DNA of 64,000 nucleotides from an uncultured Nitrospiraceae bacterium (GTDB lineage Bacteria > Nitrospirota > Thermodesulfovibrionia > Thermodesulfovibrionales > UBA6898). The notes beneath the pieces are model-generated. The model saw nothing but the letters and a program-made list of their open reading frames with translations. It was not told the DNA's origin and made no database searches. The stretch lies in the NCBI GenBank assembly GCA_963811165.1, contig CAWEQH010000008.1, positions 1 to 64,000 of the forward strand. Direction: 5' to 3'. Made by a program: the position numbers and the translations under genes. The stretch's first letter is position 1. Every line of letters begins with the position of its first letter. This document shows positions 32,665-44,419 of the stretch, in pieces.

Positions 32665-34179
32665 TCCGTAATATCCTGTCTCTGAGAAATATCAGGAGAA
32701 TTTACGCTGTCTTTTTCATGGCGCTGTTCATACTTCTTCTTTGGCTGACGAGTTTCAGGCGCATAAAGGGCTACGAGACCCCGCTTTTTCTTGAGCTCGA
32801 TCCCCTTGCCGCCATCGCCTCTTTTCTTACCAGCTGGACAGTCTATAAGGGACTCGCCCTTTCGCTTTTTGTCATTATCGGGACACTCTTTTTCGGCCGT
32901 TTCTTTTGTTCGTGGATCTGTCCGATGGGCATAATCAACCAGATTGCAGGTAGCATCTTTGTCAGGCTGAGGGCGGCAGATGCCGTTTCGCTGAATTCTT
33001 ATCGCACTCTCTACCGTCTCAAATACTATTTCCTTGCTCTACTGCTCGCCCTTGCTGCTTTTGGTTCGCTCCAAAGCGGATTGCTCGATCCCATTCCACT
33101 TATCACGAGGTCCTTCTCTATCTCGGTATTTCCTGCGATTAATCACGGCCGGGGTTGGCTCTATCTGAAGCAGCCCATTTTTAACGGGGGGACTTTGCTG
33201 GGCCTTATCTTCCTTGCGGTGATCTTTGCCAACAGGTTTCTGCCGAGATTCTGGTGCCGTGCGGTCTGTCCCCTGGGTGCCTTTTTGGGACTGCTTTCCT
33301 TCCGGCCTTTTCTTAGGATATGGCGCGACGTTGACCTCTGCACCGACTGCAAAAAATGCCTCGGCCACTGTCACGGCGGATGCGATCCCCACGAGGCCCT
33401 CCGTGTCACCGAATGTCACCTTTGCATGAACTGTATAGAAGACTGCCCGGAGGGCGCGGTCCATTACGGCCTGTCAAAACCTTCAAGTTCTGTCCAGATG
33501 CCTCTCGACGTAAGCCGTCGCAGGCTGATCGAAAGCGCCCTCGCAGGGGCGGTCCTATTCCCTATGATACGAAGCACCATCACCTCCAAAACTTCACCGC
33601 AGTATCGCGTAATCAGGCCTCCCGGTTCCATTTCCGAAGAGGACTTCCTCACGGCGGTGCATCAAGTGCGGAGAATGCATGAAGGTCTGTCCGACCAACG
33701 CGATCCAGCCTGCTTTACTTGAGGCAGGATTCGAGGGGATCTGGACACCGATCCTGATCAACAGGATCGGCTACTGCGAGTACAACTGTGTGCTTTGCAG
33801 TCGCGTATGTCCTACCGGCGCCATCGGCCCTCTTACTGTTGATAAAAAACTCGGAAAGGGCGCCGGACAAAAACCCCTTAAGATCGGGACCGCCTTTTAT
33901 GACCGGGGGAGGTGCCTGCCCTGGGCGATGAACATCGACTGCATAGTCTGCGAGGAGGTCTGCCCCACATCGCCGAAGGCGATTTGGTTCCAGACTTTTG
34001 AGGTGGAGCTTCGCGACGGAACGAAAAAAATGCTGAAGCGCCCTTATGTAGACCCGAATCTCTGTATCGGGTGCGGGATATGTGAAAACAAGTGTCCTAT
34101 CCGCGACAAAGCAGCAGTGCGTGTTACCTCTATAGGAGAGACGCGGTCGTCAACGAATCAGATGATACTCAAGTCCTGA
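32661..34179 (+). CDS. Membrane polyferredoxin (NapH/MauN plus MauM-like; indel ~33655)
   Basis: GRFFCSWICPMG, RFWCRAVCPLG, several CxxCxxC..CP motifs. Confidence 0.85.
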
Positions 34180-34237
34180 TAAAAAGACACTTTGATGAGT
34201 GGTATTCGGAAGAAAAGGATCAAGAGATAAGAGGCGG

Positions 34238-34448
34238 AAAAGGACCTCTAAAAAAGGTCGGGCCCTGGTCAGTGCGCCGATCCCCTTTGTCGCCGGTTGA
34301 GACATCTAACGACAAAAAACACACTGCCAAAGCCCCCCTTTGCCTGACACGATCTAAATATGATCTTGTCAGCCCGCCCCGCGTTACAAGTACCCTCCGT
34401 GACCAAGCCCCGATAGCGATCTCCTCCAAGAGATGTCAATAAGTACGA
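34238..34448 (-). ncRNA. Candidate sigma54-dependent structured sRNA
   Basis: Promoter upstream, multi-stem fold with G-U pairs on the minus strand, terminal hairpin followed by a U run; no convincing ORF. Confidence 0.5.
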
Positions 34449-34458
34449 CATAGTCGTC

Positions 34459-34474
34459 TGCAAGTGAGGTGCCA
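34459..34474 (-). promoter_or_regulatory. Sigma54 -24/-12 promoter TGGCAC-N5-TTGCA
   Basis: Consensus match with an AT-rich region upstream. Confidence 0.65.
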
Positions 34475-34729
34475 GTACTTTTGAAGTAAGAAAGTGGCCG
34501 ATTTAAAAGGCTTTATATAAAGCCATCTCTCCAAAGATATAGAACTTAGATATAAACGAACTCAATAATTTGTATAGTTGAGAAAATGTTGTTTGAAATC
34601 AGCATGATACGTCTTAGGCAGATATTAAGAAATTCAGAGAGTAATACGTTTTACACTCTATTTGCCGCGTCTAGGCCTGAGATCTAATGATGAACGGGAT
34701 AAATAGCACCCGTCAAAATTTCTTGTGCT

Positions 34730-35104
34730 CTACGTTGTGTACTGCACGGAAACTTCATAAGTAATAGTCGAGTGGTCGGCAGACGGGGTATTGCCTTCAC
34801 AGCTGAGATTTCCTTTTGCAGCCACTCTACGGTTTCTGATCATCCCGGTAATAACCTGGGTGAGATCAAACCCGCCATCGACACATTCCTTGTTCAGGCA
34901 GTCTATCCTGAACAATGCAGAACTGCCGGGAAAGAAATTAACGACCCTGGGCAATGATTTTTGGATGCCCTTTTGATTATATATCATGTTGATGACAATG
35001 CCCGAAACTTCAGGGAAGTGGGCAACCATAAAACCCGCGTCGATCTTCCGCTGGCGCCTTTCCATCCTTGCTGCATTCTTTCTGCTGTTAGCACTGTTGT
35101 TCAT
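34730..35104 (-). CDS. Hypothetical protein with Cys motifs
   Basis: Clean ORF with RBS; CLNKECVDGGFDL...C. Confidence 0.7.
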   Translation of the reverse strand: MNNSANSRKNAARMERRQRKIDAGFMVAHFPEVSGIVINMIYNQKGIQKSLPRVVNFFPGSSALFRIDCLNKECVDGGFDLTQVITGMIRNRRVAAKGNLSCEGNTPSADHSTITYEVSVQYTT

Positions 35105-35121
35105 ATCCCCCCTGATGAGAA

Positions 35122-35146
35122 GACCCCTCCCGTTTGGGGAGGGGTC
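35122..35146 (-). terminator. Hairpin after the csp gene
   Basis: GACCCCTCCC-N5-GGGAGGGGTC. Confidence 0.6.
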
Positions 35147-35152
35147 CGTTAA

Positions 35153-35353
35153 TTACAGTTTGACGACGTTGATTGCCTTGGGGCCTTTCGGGCCTTTTTC
35201 GGTATCAAAGCTGACCTTGTCACCCTCGGCAAGACTCTTAAAGCCATTACCCTGGATAGAAGTATGATGGACAAAGGCTTCGCTTCCATCGTTATTCGCG
35301 ATGAATCCAAACCCTTTGCTGTCATTAAACCATTTTACAGTTCCTTGTTCCAT
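35153..35353 (-). CDS. cspA: Cold-shock protein
   Basis: [22 protein letters not shown]. Confidence 0.95.
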   Translation of the reverse strand: MEQGTVKWFNDSKGFGFIANNDGSEAFVHHTSIQGNGFKSLAEGDKVSFDTEKGPKGPKAINVVKL

Positions 35354-35516
35354 TTCCTATTACCTCCTTATCGTTAGACTCAAATCTCAGAAGGTCTCGG
35401 CAAATAAAAAGGCCACAAAGTCAAAAGTCTTTGTGGCCTCATGAACGGCAAAAACTTCTAAAATCCTGCATGTAGGATAGCACGTCCTCGTATATTAAAG
35501 CAAGGAAGAAATGATG

Positions 35517-36062
35517 TCACGAAGCCCTGAGAATCATTACCATCTGGCGGCCGTCCATCTTCGGCTGGGATTCTACTTTCGCGATATCTTCCAGTTCGAG
35601 CGCCAACCTGTTTAACACATTCGTCCCCAGGTCCTGGCGACTGAATTCCCGTCCTCTAAAGCGAATGGTAACCTTGACCTTGTCCCCGTTACCGATGAAC
35701 TTCCGCACATTACGCTTTTTGAACTCATAATCATGAGTATCGATCGAAGGGCGCATCCTGATTTCCTTCAGTGTGAGGGTAGTTTGATTTTTTTTGGCCT
35801 TCCGCTCTTTCTTGCCTTCCTCGAACTTGAACTTCCTGTAGTCCATGATCTTGCATACCGGCGGCTCAGCCAGGGGGCTGATTTCAACGAGATCCAAATC
35901 CTGTTCTTCTGCGAGCTTCAATGCCGATTCAATATCCATTATGCCGATCTGCCCTTCCTCGGCGACAACCCTTATCTCTTTCGCTTTAATGAGCCGTATC
36001 TGGTTGTTTACGCGGGTCTTGTCGACGACCCTCCCGGGCGATATCCTTCTTTGATTGACTAT
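35517..36062 (-). CDS. infC: Translation initiation factor IF-3 (ATA start)
   Basis: LDLVEISP...PPVCKIMDY, KVKVTIRFRGRE; AAGGAGG 7 nt before ATA at 36062. Confidence 0.9.
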   Translation of the reverse strand: MVNQRRISPGRVVDKTRVNNQIRLIKAKEIRVVAEEGQIGIMDIESALKLAEEQDLDLVEISPLAEPPVCKIMDYRKFKFEEGKKERKAKKNQTTLTLKEIRMRPSIDTHDYEFKKRNVRKFIGNGDKVKVTIRFRGREFSRQDLGTNVLNRLALELEDIAKVESQPKMDGRQMVMILRAS

Positions 36063-36233
36063 GGTGTGTCCTCCTTTTGCCGGTAGTCTTTGCCGGACTT
36101 TGTCTTCCGTGCAGTACAATCGGCATCTCTAGTGTAACATGTTTACACGATAAGACTGTTTTTTATATTCTCAAGGCAGTCAAGAGGCACAAAAAGCCGG
36201 ACTATATTACGGCGGCAGTCTTGAAGTGTATCA

Positions 36234-37763
36234 CTATTGTCCCCTGTCCAATGTCCTATATTGTATCGCCTCGGATATGTGGTGAGACTGGATATCTTCT
36301 GAGGATTCAAGGTCCGCAATCGTGCGGGAGAGCTTAAGTATCCTCGTATAGGCCCTTGCGGAAAGTGCGAGCTTATGCATCGCGTTTTCGATGAGGGTCT
36401 GGGCGTCGCCCTTGAGTCTGCAGAATTTCTTTATATGCCGTGTCTTCATCTGTCCGTTACAGTAGATCCTGTCACCTTTGAATCTTTCAAGTTGACTGGA
36501 CCTTGCGCCGATGACCCTCGCCCGGATATCTTCCGACTTTTCGCCTGCGTATTCTGTAGACAGGTCCTTGTAGGGGACCGAGGGGACCTCGATATGAATA
36601 TCGATCCGGTCAAGAAGGGGGCCCGATACCCTTCTTCTGTAGCGGTATATCTGGCCGGGCGTGCAGGTACATTGGTGCCTGGGGTCCGAAAGGTATCCGC
36701 AGGGGCAAGGGTTCATGGCGGACACAAGCATGAAAGATGCCGGATAGGTGATCGATGCCACGGCCCTTGAGACGGTGACCTCTCCGTTTTCAAGCGGTTG
36801 CCTTAAGACCTCAAGGACGTTCCTTTTGAACTCCGGGATTTCATCTAAAAAGAGTACGCCGTTATGGGCAAGACTTACCTCACCTGGTTTCGGGACCTGT
36901 CCGCCTCCTATCAGTGCGACATCAGAAATAGTATGGTGGGGGGACCGAAACGGCCTTGTGGCTAGAAGTGGCTGGTCGTCCCGCAAAAGACCGGCGATAC
37001 TATGGATCCGGGTTGTCTCAAGCGCTTCATCGAACGTCATGCCGGGAAGGATCGTCGCCAGGCGCCTGGAAAGCATCGTCTTTCCAGAACCGGGAGGGCC
37101 GACCATTAGGACGTTGTGGCCGCCCGCCGCAGACACCTCGAGCGCCCTTTTTGCGTGTTCCTGTCCCTTGACCTCGGAGAAATCATCATCGTAGACCGAT
37201 AGCACCTTTATCGTCTCGGGGATGTCAATCGCATAGGGCGGGCAGTCCTTTGTCCCACAAAGGAAATCCACGACATCAGGAAGGCTTTTGATACCGTATA
37301 CCTTCACCCCAGTGACAACTGCGGCCTCAGGCGCATTTTCAAAAGGGAGAATGATGCCTCTTAGGCCCGCCGCCCTGACCATCAAGGCCATCGAAAGCGC
37401 CCCCCTTACGGGTTTGATCCTTCCATCGAGTGAAAGTTCCCCGGTAAACAGATAGCCGTTGAGCGCGTCCTGTTCTATCAGTCCCTCGGAGCTGATGATG
37501 CCGACGGCTATCGGAAGGTCGAAGGCCGAGCCCTCTTTCTTGAGGTCGGCCGGAGCAAGGTTGACGGTGATCTGTTTTAGCGGAAAGTTGAAACCGATAT
37601 TTTTCAGGGCCGCCTTTACCCTGTCACGGCTTTCTTTGACAGCGGCGTCGGGAAGTCCGACCATCGAAAAATGCGGCAGTCCCCGGGAAGAGATGTCCAC
37701 CTCGACCTCTACTTTGTATGCCTCGATCCCTATGACACTGGCGCTCAATACCTTAGAGAGCAT
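36234..37763 (-). CDS. comM: YifB/ComM Mg-chelatase-like AAA+ ATPase
   Basis: [31 protein letters not shown]. Confidence 0.9.
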   Translation of the reverse strand: MLSKVLSASVIGIEAYKVEVEVDISSRGLPHFSMVGLPDAAVKESRDRVKAALKNIGFNFPLKQITVNLAPADLKKEGSAFDLPIAVGIISSEGLIEQDALNGYLFTGELSLDGRIKPVRGALSMALMVRAAGLRGIILPFENAPEAAVVTGVKVYGIKSLPDVVDFLCGTKDCPPYAIDIPETIKVLSVYDDDFSEVKGQEHAKRALEVSAAGGHNVLMVGPPGSGKTMLSRRLATILPGMTFDEALETTRIHSIAGLLRDDQPLLATRPFRSPHHTISDVALIGGGQVPKPGEVSLAHNGVLFLDEIPEFKRNVLEVLRQPLENGEVTVSRAVASITYPASFMLVSAMNPCPCGYLSDPRHQCTCTPGQIYRYRRRVSGPLLDRIDIHIEVPSVPYKDLSTEYAGEKSEDIRARVIGARSSQLERFKGDRIYCNGQMKTRHIKKFCRLKGDAQTLIENAMHKLALSARAYTRILKLSRTIADLESSEDIQSHHISEAIQYRTLDRGQ

Positions 37764-37955
37764 TATAGGTCCTTTCTTGTCCCAATACAATGCGGGGCGC
37801 AATCGAAAACGGCCGAAAGGCTGCTGATAATCCCCGCCAAAGGATAGCATTAAATAAGCAGGAAGGGCAAGATTTTTTTCGGCCCATAAGATTGCAAAAA
37901 TAAACCGCGCCGTTTTATTATTAGCGAGGCTGTGTTACGACATGAAAGGGAAGGT

Positions 37956-38405
37956 ATGAGAAAGACTGCTCTTTTTTTAACGATTTTATTTGCCGCAATG
38001 TTCCTTTTTTCCTGCGGGAAAAAAGAGGTCAAGATTGCCTCTCAGGAGTCAAAGACCGCCGAAGAGTCCTTCGCGCTGGCCGAGAGGATCAGGGACGCAT
38101 TCATACGAAATGACCTCGACACGCTCCGGAAAAACGCTACTGAGAGCGGCTTTAAGGAAATAACCGCCGACAAAAAAACCTATGAGAGCGTCGAGCTCAC
38201 ATTCACTCCCAGGTGGGTGGAGATCGATAAAGACACGGTAACCCTGAATGTGACGTGGAAAGGCAAATGGACCTCCGGGGGAAAAAAGACTGAAGACCGC
38301 GGCATGGCCGTCTTTGTCATGGAGGGAATGCCTCTGAAACTCTCCGGGATATTAAGGGCGAACCCCTTTACCTTCCCCGATCAGCAGCTACCTAAGTCTT
38401 ATTAG
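37956..38405 (+). CDS. Putative lipoprotein
   Basis: LFSC lipobox. Confidence 0.7.
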   Translation: MRKTALFLTILFAAMFLFSCGKKEVKIASQESKTAEESFALAERIRDAFIRNDLDTLRKNATESGFKEITADKKTYESVELTFTPRWVEIDKDTVTLNVTWKGKWTSGGKKTEDRGMAVFVMEGMPLKLSGILRANPFTFPDQQLPKSY

Positions 38406-38614
38406 TGGCAGGAACTGCACGTCCCCTTGCTGCACGAGGTACAGCCGGATGACGATCCGGCAGAGGGCTTTTCAACCCCGCTCATGCCAAAGGTGGACAT
38501 CTTCTTCTTTATATCACGAGATGAGCAGTTCGGGCAATCCACATCCTTATTCCCAAAGACGAGTTTTTCGAACTCCTCGCCGCATGCGGTGCATCTATAT
38601 TCGTAAATAGGCAT
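38402..38614 (-). CDS. FmdB-family zinc ribbon protein
   Basis: [12 protein letters not shown]...CPNC. Confidence 0.85.
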   Translation of the reverse strand: MPIYEYRCTACGEEFEKLVFGNKDVDCPNCSSRDIKKKMSTFGMSGVEKPSAGSSSGCTSCSKGTCSSCH

Positions 38615-38668
38615 CTTCTTCCTTATTTAGATGATTTTCCATAAAGGGCGGGGAATACCCCGACCCCA

Positions 38669-39319
38669 CTATTTTTTCTTAGGTACTTTTTCCCAGTCCT
38701 TAAGGAATTTCGCAAGCCCTATATCGGTAAGCGGGTGCTTGATCAACTGAGTGATTACCGAATACGGGATCGTTGCGATATGGGCACCCATCCTTGCGGC
38801 ATCGACCACATGCAGAGGGTTACGGATGCTGGCGACGATTATCTCGGTCTCAAACATATAGTTTTCATAGATATCTAAAATATCGCTGACTATCGCCATC
38901 CCATCATGGCTTATGTCGTCCAGCCTTCCTACAAACGGGCTTACGAATGTAGCCCCTGCCTTGGCCGCAAGGAGCGCCTGGGTAGGCGAAAAGACGAGGG
39001 TGACATTCGTCTTTATCCTGAGGCCGGAGAGCTTTTTGACCGCCTTCAGCCCCTCTTCGATCATCGGTATCTTTACGACGATATTCTTATGAATGCCCGC
39101 GAGTTCCTTAGCTTCTTTTACCATGACATCGGCAGTCATGCCGACAACCTCGGCGCTTACAGGGCCCTTGACGATGCCGCAGATGGCCTTAAGCACTTGG
39201 ACCGGGTCTTTGCCCTCCTTCGCCATAAGGGAGGGGTTGGTCGTGACCCCGTCGATAACACCCAGTTCGTTGGCCTTTCTGATCTCTTCAATATTTGCCG
39301 TATCGATAAAAAATTTCAT
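38669..39319 (-). CDS. fsa: Transaldolase / fructose-6-phosphate aldolase
   Basis: [29 protein letters not shown]. Confidence 0.9.
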   Translation of the reverse strand: MKFFIDTANIEEIRKANELGVIDGVTTNPSLMAKEGKDPVQVLKAICGIVKGPVSAEVVGMTADVMVKEAKELAGIHKNIVVKIPMIEEGLKAVKKLSGLRIKTNVTLVFSPTQALLAAKAGATFVSPFVGRLDDISHDGMAIVSDILDIYENYMFETEIIVASIRNPLHVVDAARMGAHIATIPYSVITQLIKHPLTDIGLAKFLKDWEKVPKKK

Positions 39320-39766
39320 ATATTCCCCTTATAAATAAATTGGTCCTTTATTATAACGAAAATACCCGTGTTTTTGCCTCGTCGTAAACATAAGCGGGGC
39401 GACTGTATTTGAGCGGATTATTTCTTGTAGCGGCGCTTCGATACAGTCCCCGGACTCATAGTTCCCCGTTTTAAAGCAGGACATTTTGGCATAAAAATAG
39501 TATCAATGAAGCGAATTCCAGCTTTGGCATCCTAGGGCACTGAAGGCAATGCTGTATAAGGCTGAAGTTAAAATACGAAGATCTTTAGTTTTAGGAGGTG
39601 TATCATGGCAAATCCAGTGTGAAAAAAGAGAGGATGGCTAACAATTCTTGATATTTACTCCATATAAGGGCGGTGACATGTATAAAGACCATTGCTGTAT
39701 GCACGCCATCATCTTTTTGCTGTCGATATCGGTTACTCTTTTTGCCATGCCGTTTTGTAATTAACG

Positions 39767-39793
39767 AAAAGGGGCTGTCATCGACAGCCCCTT
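39767..39793 (-). terminator. Intrinsic terminator
   Basis: AAGGGGCTGTC-gat-GACAGCCCCTTTT. Confidence 0.7.
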
Positions 39794-39826
39794 AAACGGG
39801 CAATCTGCGCGGAGCAAATGCAGCCC

Positions 39827-40993
39827 TTATCCTCTGGACTTTTGTCTCCTGAAGAAATAAATTGAGCCAAGTCCTGATAGAACGACAAATATGATCGCGC
39901 CCCACTGGCCCATAGCGGGTATCGATACCGGCTTAGGCGGCTGGACACTGAAATTGGCCACCCGTGACTTGTCAGTTGCGCTCATGCAGGTCAGGGCATT
40001 GGGATTAGTCAGGTTCGCGAGTTCGGCGGACTTCGCCGCGGCAGCGGCCTTTGAGGGCTGGCTTACCGCAAAATTCATGATGATCTTCGTCTCGCCGGGT
40101 GCAAGAGTGAAGGTGTAACCCCAGAAGGGGTTGTCATCGCCGTTGACAAAGTTGATGCCGGCAAGTCCCACCGGGGAGCCGGTGCCCCTGAGTACATGTC
40201 CAAGGCGCGGATCACCAGATGTGGTACCTGAGTAGTTCTGCATAGAGGCGACCCAGGTGTCGGTGACTTCGGCGGTCAAATTGCCGCTTGAGGTATTGGT
40301 GATGATCGTGTTGGAGTCGGAACCCAGGTTGTTGGCCTGAACAAGCGTGACCGTCTGGGGCGTGGCACCGGTGTTTGTGATTATGTTTTGCCAGCGGGCA
40401 AAAGAGTCATTGTCCGGCACAAAGACCTTCCTCGATAGTTGGATGTTCCCGATCGTCTGCGTGGGGAATACGATCTGCCGGTTGACGCCTGAGACTGAAC
40501 CAAGACACTCAGAAGTCGCTGGCCCGTTTTGGTTGTATATGACAAAATTGGCGTTGCCGGTGGCGCAATTCGCCACCGTGTTGTTGAGGCTGAGACAGAT
40601 TGTGTTGTAACCGTCATAGGCATCGTTCAGCGTTGAAGCTGTTAGCCCTCCGTTCGCTGTTGTTGCCTGAACCGGAGCCTGATATGATGCCTCGCTCATG
40701 GCGCCTGAGGCCGACGATGTGGTATTGAAAGTAATGTTGGTGTTAATGAACCACTCCATACCTGAGTTGTCGATGAGATGTTGCGAGCCCGTTGCCTTAA
40801 GTGGAGTGCCCACATTCCCTCCCTTGCTTTTCATCTGTTTGGCATAAGACTTCCTGTCGGTGAGCGACACGTCGGCAAACGCACTGGTTGCGATTATCAA
40901 GGCCAGCACCATAAAGACGCCGTATACACGGACCATTTTGGCAAGTCTGTGCCCAATGTTACTTCCCCCTTTTACAAGATACTCGAATCTCAC
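39827..40993 (-). CDS. Secreted Asn/Thr-rich protein with IPTL-CTERM-like sorting signal
   Basis: Signal peptide; C-terminal IPAMGQWG, TM, RRQK. Confidence 0.75.
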   Translation of the reverse strand: MRFEYLVKGGSNIGHRLAKMVRVYGVFMVLALIIATSAFADVSLTDRKSYAKQMKSKGGNVGTPLKATGSQHLIDNSGMEWFINTNITFNTTSSASGAMSEASYQAPVQATTANGGLTASTLNDAYDGYNTICLSLNNTVANCATGNANFVIYNQNGPATSECLGSVSGVNRQIVFPTQTIGNIQLSRKVFVPDNDSFARWQNIITNTGATPQTVTLVQANNLGSDSNTIITNTSSGNLTAEVTDTWVASMQNYSGTTSGDPRLGHVLRGTGSPVGLAGINFVNGDDNPFWGYTFTLAPGETKIIMNFAVSQPSKAAAAAKSAELANLTNPNALTCMSATDKSRVANFSVQPPKPVSIPAMGQWGAIIFVVLSGLGSIYFFRRQKSRG

Positions 40994-41242
40994 AAATAAG
41001 CCCTCCTTTTCAAGGATATTTAGGAATTTTAGCTGTTCATTAATTTTAGAAATACTATGCTAAACAGCTGCTCCTGTCAAGTATTCTTTTGGTATTCGTT
41101 TTTGGTCTCTATTTTTGCCTCTTTGCAAAGCAATCCTTATTTGCGCAACTATTTACCGGCGTCTGCTCCTCGAACCCGGCCTTGTACACGCGGCCACGGA
41201 GCAAAATCTGCTGTAGTTTTGCTATAGTATAAAATGAATTTA

Positions 41243-43454
41243 ATGAATTCCCGGCAGTCCGAACAAGTACCGTTGCGCAAAAGGTTCTTCTCACGTGGCT
41301 TTCTCATTTTTATCGCCTTGATGCTTTTTCCCCTGATTTATGTTTCTCTTGTAAAACTGCGTCCAGTCGGGCCATCCTAACGTCCTGCTTATCACAATCG
41401 ACACGCTCAGGGCAGATCGGCTGGGCTGCTACGGGTTCGCTTTGGCAAGGACTCCAAACATAGATGCCATTGCGCGGGAAGGGGTCCGTTACAGCGATGC
41501 GATTTGCGTTGCGCCCATCACTCTGGTTTCCCATACATCGATACTCACCGGGATGAATCCTCCTGCGCACGGCGTTCGCGACAACGGAACCTATAGGGTC
41601 GGCGATGATACCGTGACCCTTGCAGACCGCCTGAAGTCGGCCGGGTACACCACGCATGCCTTTGTATCGGCAGCCGTATTGAACCGCAGATACAACCTCT
41701 CCAAAGGGTTCGAGGACTACGACGACAACCTTTGGGGTGAAGACAATCCGAAGTTATTCATGATCCGCGAGCGGCAGGCGAATAAGACTATTGACAGTGT
41801 GCTCACCTGGTTCAACCGTTGGCGCTCTGTAAAGGACCGCAAGCCCTTTTTCACCTGGGTGCATCTCTTCGACCCTCATCAGCCCTACCGGCCGCCCTCC
41901 TGGGCGCGTATCTTAACGCCCTCCCTCTATGATGGGGAGATCGCCTTCGCAGACCGGGAGCTTGGCAGGCTGTTCAGCGCATTGCGCCAAAGCGGGGTCA
42001 TGGACAACACTATCGTCGTTATCACGGCAGACCATGGAGAAAGCCTCGGCGACCACAATGAAAAGACGCATGCGATCTTTATCTATGACGCCACGGTCCA
42101 TGTCCCGCTGATCATGCGTTTTCCACGCCTCCTGCCGACAGGGTCTGTTTACAAAGGACCCGTGCGCTCGATCGACATCGTACCTACGTTGCTGTCTATC
42201 CTTGGGGTCAAAGGGGCCGAAGAGACCCAGGGGGTCAACCTGCTGCCGGCTACGCTCGGGAAGATACGGCCTCCCGATCTGCCCCAGTACTCGGAGTCGC
42301 GCCTTTCCGAGCTCGGATTCGGCATGGCCCCTCTTTACGGTCTGCGCAAGGGCGGCTATAAGTGGATCAGAGCGCCGAAGCCGGAGGTATACGACCTCAG
42401 GGCCGACCCGCAGGAGCTTGTCAATATATATGACACGAACAAGCCGCTGGCCGCGGGGCTTGACGATGAACTTAGCCGCATTATGGAGAAGGGATACAAG
42501 GGGCCGGCATCAGGCGCCGACAACCCCATGAACCGTGAAACCCTCGATATGCTCCAGAGCCTGGGGTATCTCGCCTCTTCGGAAGAGCGCCGGAGCATGT
42601 CCGGGATGGACCCCAAGGACGGCATCGCCGTTTATAACGATCTCGACGAGGCGCGCCATCTGGCCCAGCAGAACCGGCTGAAGGAGTCCGAGGCGAAATT
42701 AAATGATATCCTCCGGTCAATCCCGAAGCATGTTTCGGCGAGGAACATTTTAGGCTTTGTCCTGATGAAGGAGAACCGGCAGGCGGAGGCGCGTCGTCAT
42801 TACCTCCAATCTCTCAGGGACGATCCCAAGCAGGCCCGTGTCCATGTAATGCTTGGGCACCTTGCCCTTCTAGAAGGCAACTTCGCCGAGGCCGAGCGGC
42901 GCATGCATGAAGCGCTCGCAATATCTCCCCAGTTCGTCGAGGCGGCAAGCGGCTTAGGTTTTATCGAGGACCTTCGGGGCAATACGGCAGCAGCTCTCAG
43001 CTGGTATGAAAAGGCGATAGCCATGGATCCCTACTATCCCCTCGTGTATCGGCGTATCGCTGATTTCCATTACGATCGAAAGGATTTCAGCAAGGCGCTC
43101 CACTACTATGAGAAAAGCCTTGAGCGTCTGCCCGGTGATTTCAGGTCCCTGATCCAGGCCGGCAACAGCGCCCGCAGGCTGAACGATATGCAGAAGGGCA
43201 GACAATATTATGAAAAGGCCGCCAAACTCCGGCCTGACTCGTGGATCCCGCTTTACAACATGGCGTGTCTAAAATCACTCAACGGAGATGTGGACGGCGC
43301 CCTTGGGGCGCTGCGCGAGGCGGTCGGCAAAGGGCTTCATTCGAAGGACCTGCTGAGGACGGACGGCGACCTTAAGAATGTTCGCAGTAACCGCGGGTAC
43401 CCCGCCATTGTTGCGGCAATCCGGCCCGGCAGCGGCGGGGATGAGCCAGAATAA
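41243..43454 (+). CDS. Sulfatase-family protein with TPR repeats (indel ~41370)
   Basis: PNVLLITIDTLRAD upstream of the track ORF, HLFDPH, ADHGE, TPRs. Confidence 0.85.
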
Positions 43455-43457
43455 CCC

Positions 43458-44255
43458 TTACATGTAGCCGAGCGCCCGAAGCCTGTCCATGAGTTGTTCT
43501 TTCTCCTGACCCCTGCCTGCGCGCTCCGGCGACGCTTCCAGGTCTTGCTCCCAGGCAGGCAGATCGGACGTCTTGATCGTATTATATCTCGCTCCAAGAG
43601 ACCGGTACCCAAGTGCATAAAGCCCGCAGTAAGGGATGTCATTCCCTAAAATAGCGTCCCAGACATCCCGCTCGGTAAAGTGCAGGATAGGGTGCACGCG
43701 CATATGGGGCGGCTCGTTATCCGGCCTATCGCTGAAATAATTCTCCTGCCCGCGCGCCGACTGCTCGTCGCGTCTGATCGCCGTGGCAAGGGCCTTCAGC
43801 CCATGCTCACGGATAAAAATATTCATCGCGCAGGTTTTCAGCAGATGGTTTCCGACCAGGCTTTCGGGTTCGAAGGGAAAGGTCTCTCCGGTGTAGCCGA
43901 TCCTCAGGAGTTCGGCCCTGTTTTGCTCGTTGAGACTCGATACCGCGATGGTATCACCTATCCCATGCGCTCTGGAGATGACATCAGTGTTTCTTGCTTC
44001 AATGAGCTCGACATCCCACGCAACGGTAACCGTTCTCATGAAAGTCCTGATCTCATCGAAGATATCGCCCTCGTCGATCATCATGCATTTTGGAAGGCGC
44101 ATTCCCGTCTCGCTGCATACGAGCCTGAATAGCCAGAGCACCAGTGTGCTGTCCTTGTGGCCGGTCCAGGCGATCGCCATCTTCTCGCTGCCGAACCGGT
44201 CAAACGCCTCGGTGATGATCTCCTTCGATCTTTCAATCTTCTGCGCCAGCGTCAT
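43458..44255 (-). CDS. PAPS reductase/CysD-like family protein
   Basis: WTGHKDS, RVHPILHFTE, GYRSLG, LRALGYM. Confidence 0.8.
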   Translation of the reverse strand: MTLAQKIERSKEIITEAFDRFGSEKMAIAWTGHKDSTLVLWLFRLVCSETGMRLPKCMMIDEGDIFDEIRTFMRTVTVAWDVELIEARNTDVISRAHGIGDTIAVSSLNEQNRAELLRIGYTGETFPFEPESLVGNHLLKTCAMNIFIREHGLKALATAIRRDEQSARGQENYFSDRPDNEPPHMRVHPILHFTERDVWDAILGNDIPYCGLYALGYRSLGARYNTIKTSDLPAWEQDLEASPERAGRGQEKEQLMDRLRALGYM

Positions 44256-44419
44256 TTTTTTACTATAGAGAATGTTTGTGAATCATGTCAATCGGTCGGC
44301 ATGAATCACGGACGCATCCTGAAAAGACAAGCCGCGTAATATCTGTTTCACCCGGCCTGCTCAGGGCCTGATTGACAACCTTATCTCTAAACAATTATTA
44401 TGAAACCACATTGAAAACA

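Noticed and set aside
34220..34463. Short minus-strand ORFs (64-69 aa) over the candidate sRNA
   Set aside because: TTG starts without RBS; one begins inside the promoter; no protein-like motifs.
39395..39452. Long imperfect hairpin upstream of fsa as a riboswitch
   Set aside because: No recognisable aptamer motifs and a single copy.
39590..39760. YHS-like small gene after a strong RBS (MANPV*)
   Set aside because: Stops after five codons and cannot be reconstructed with confidence.
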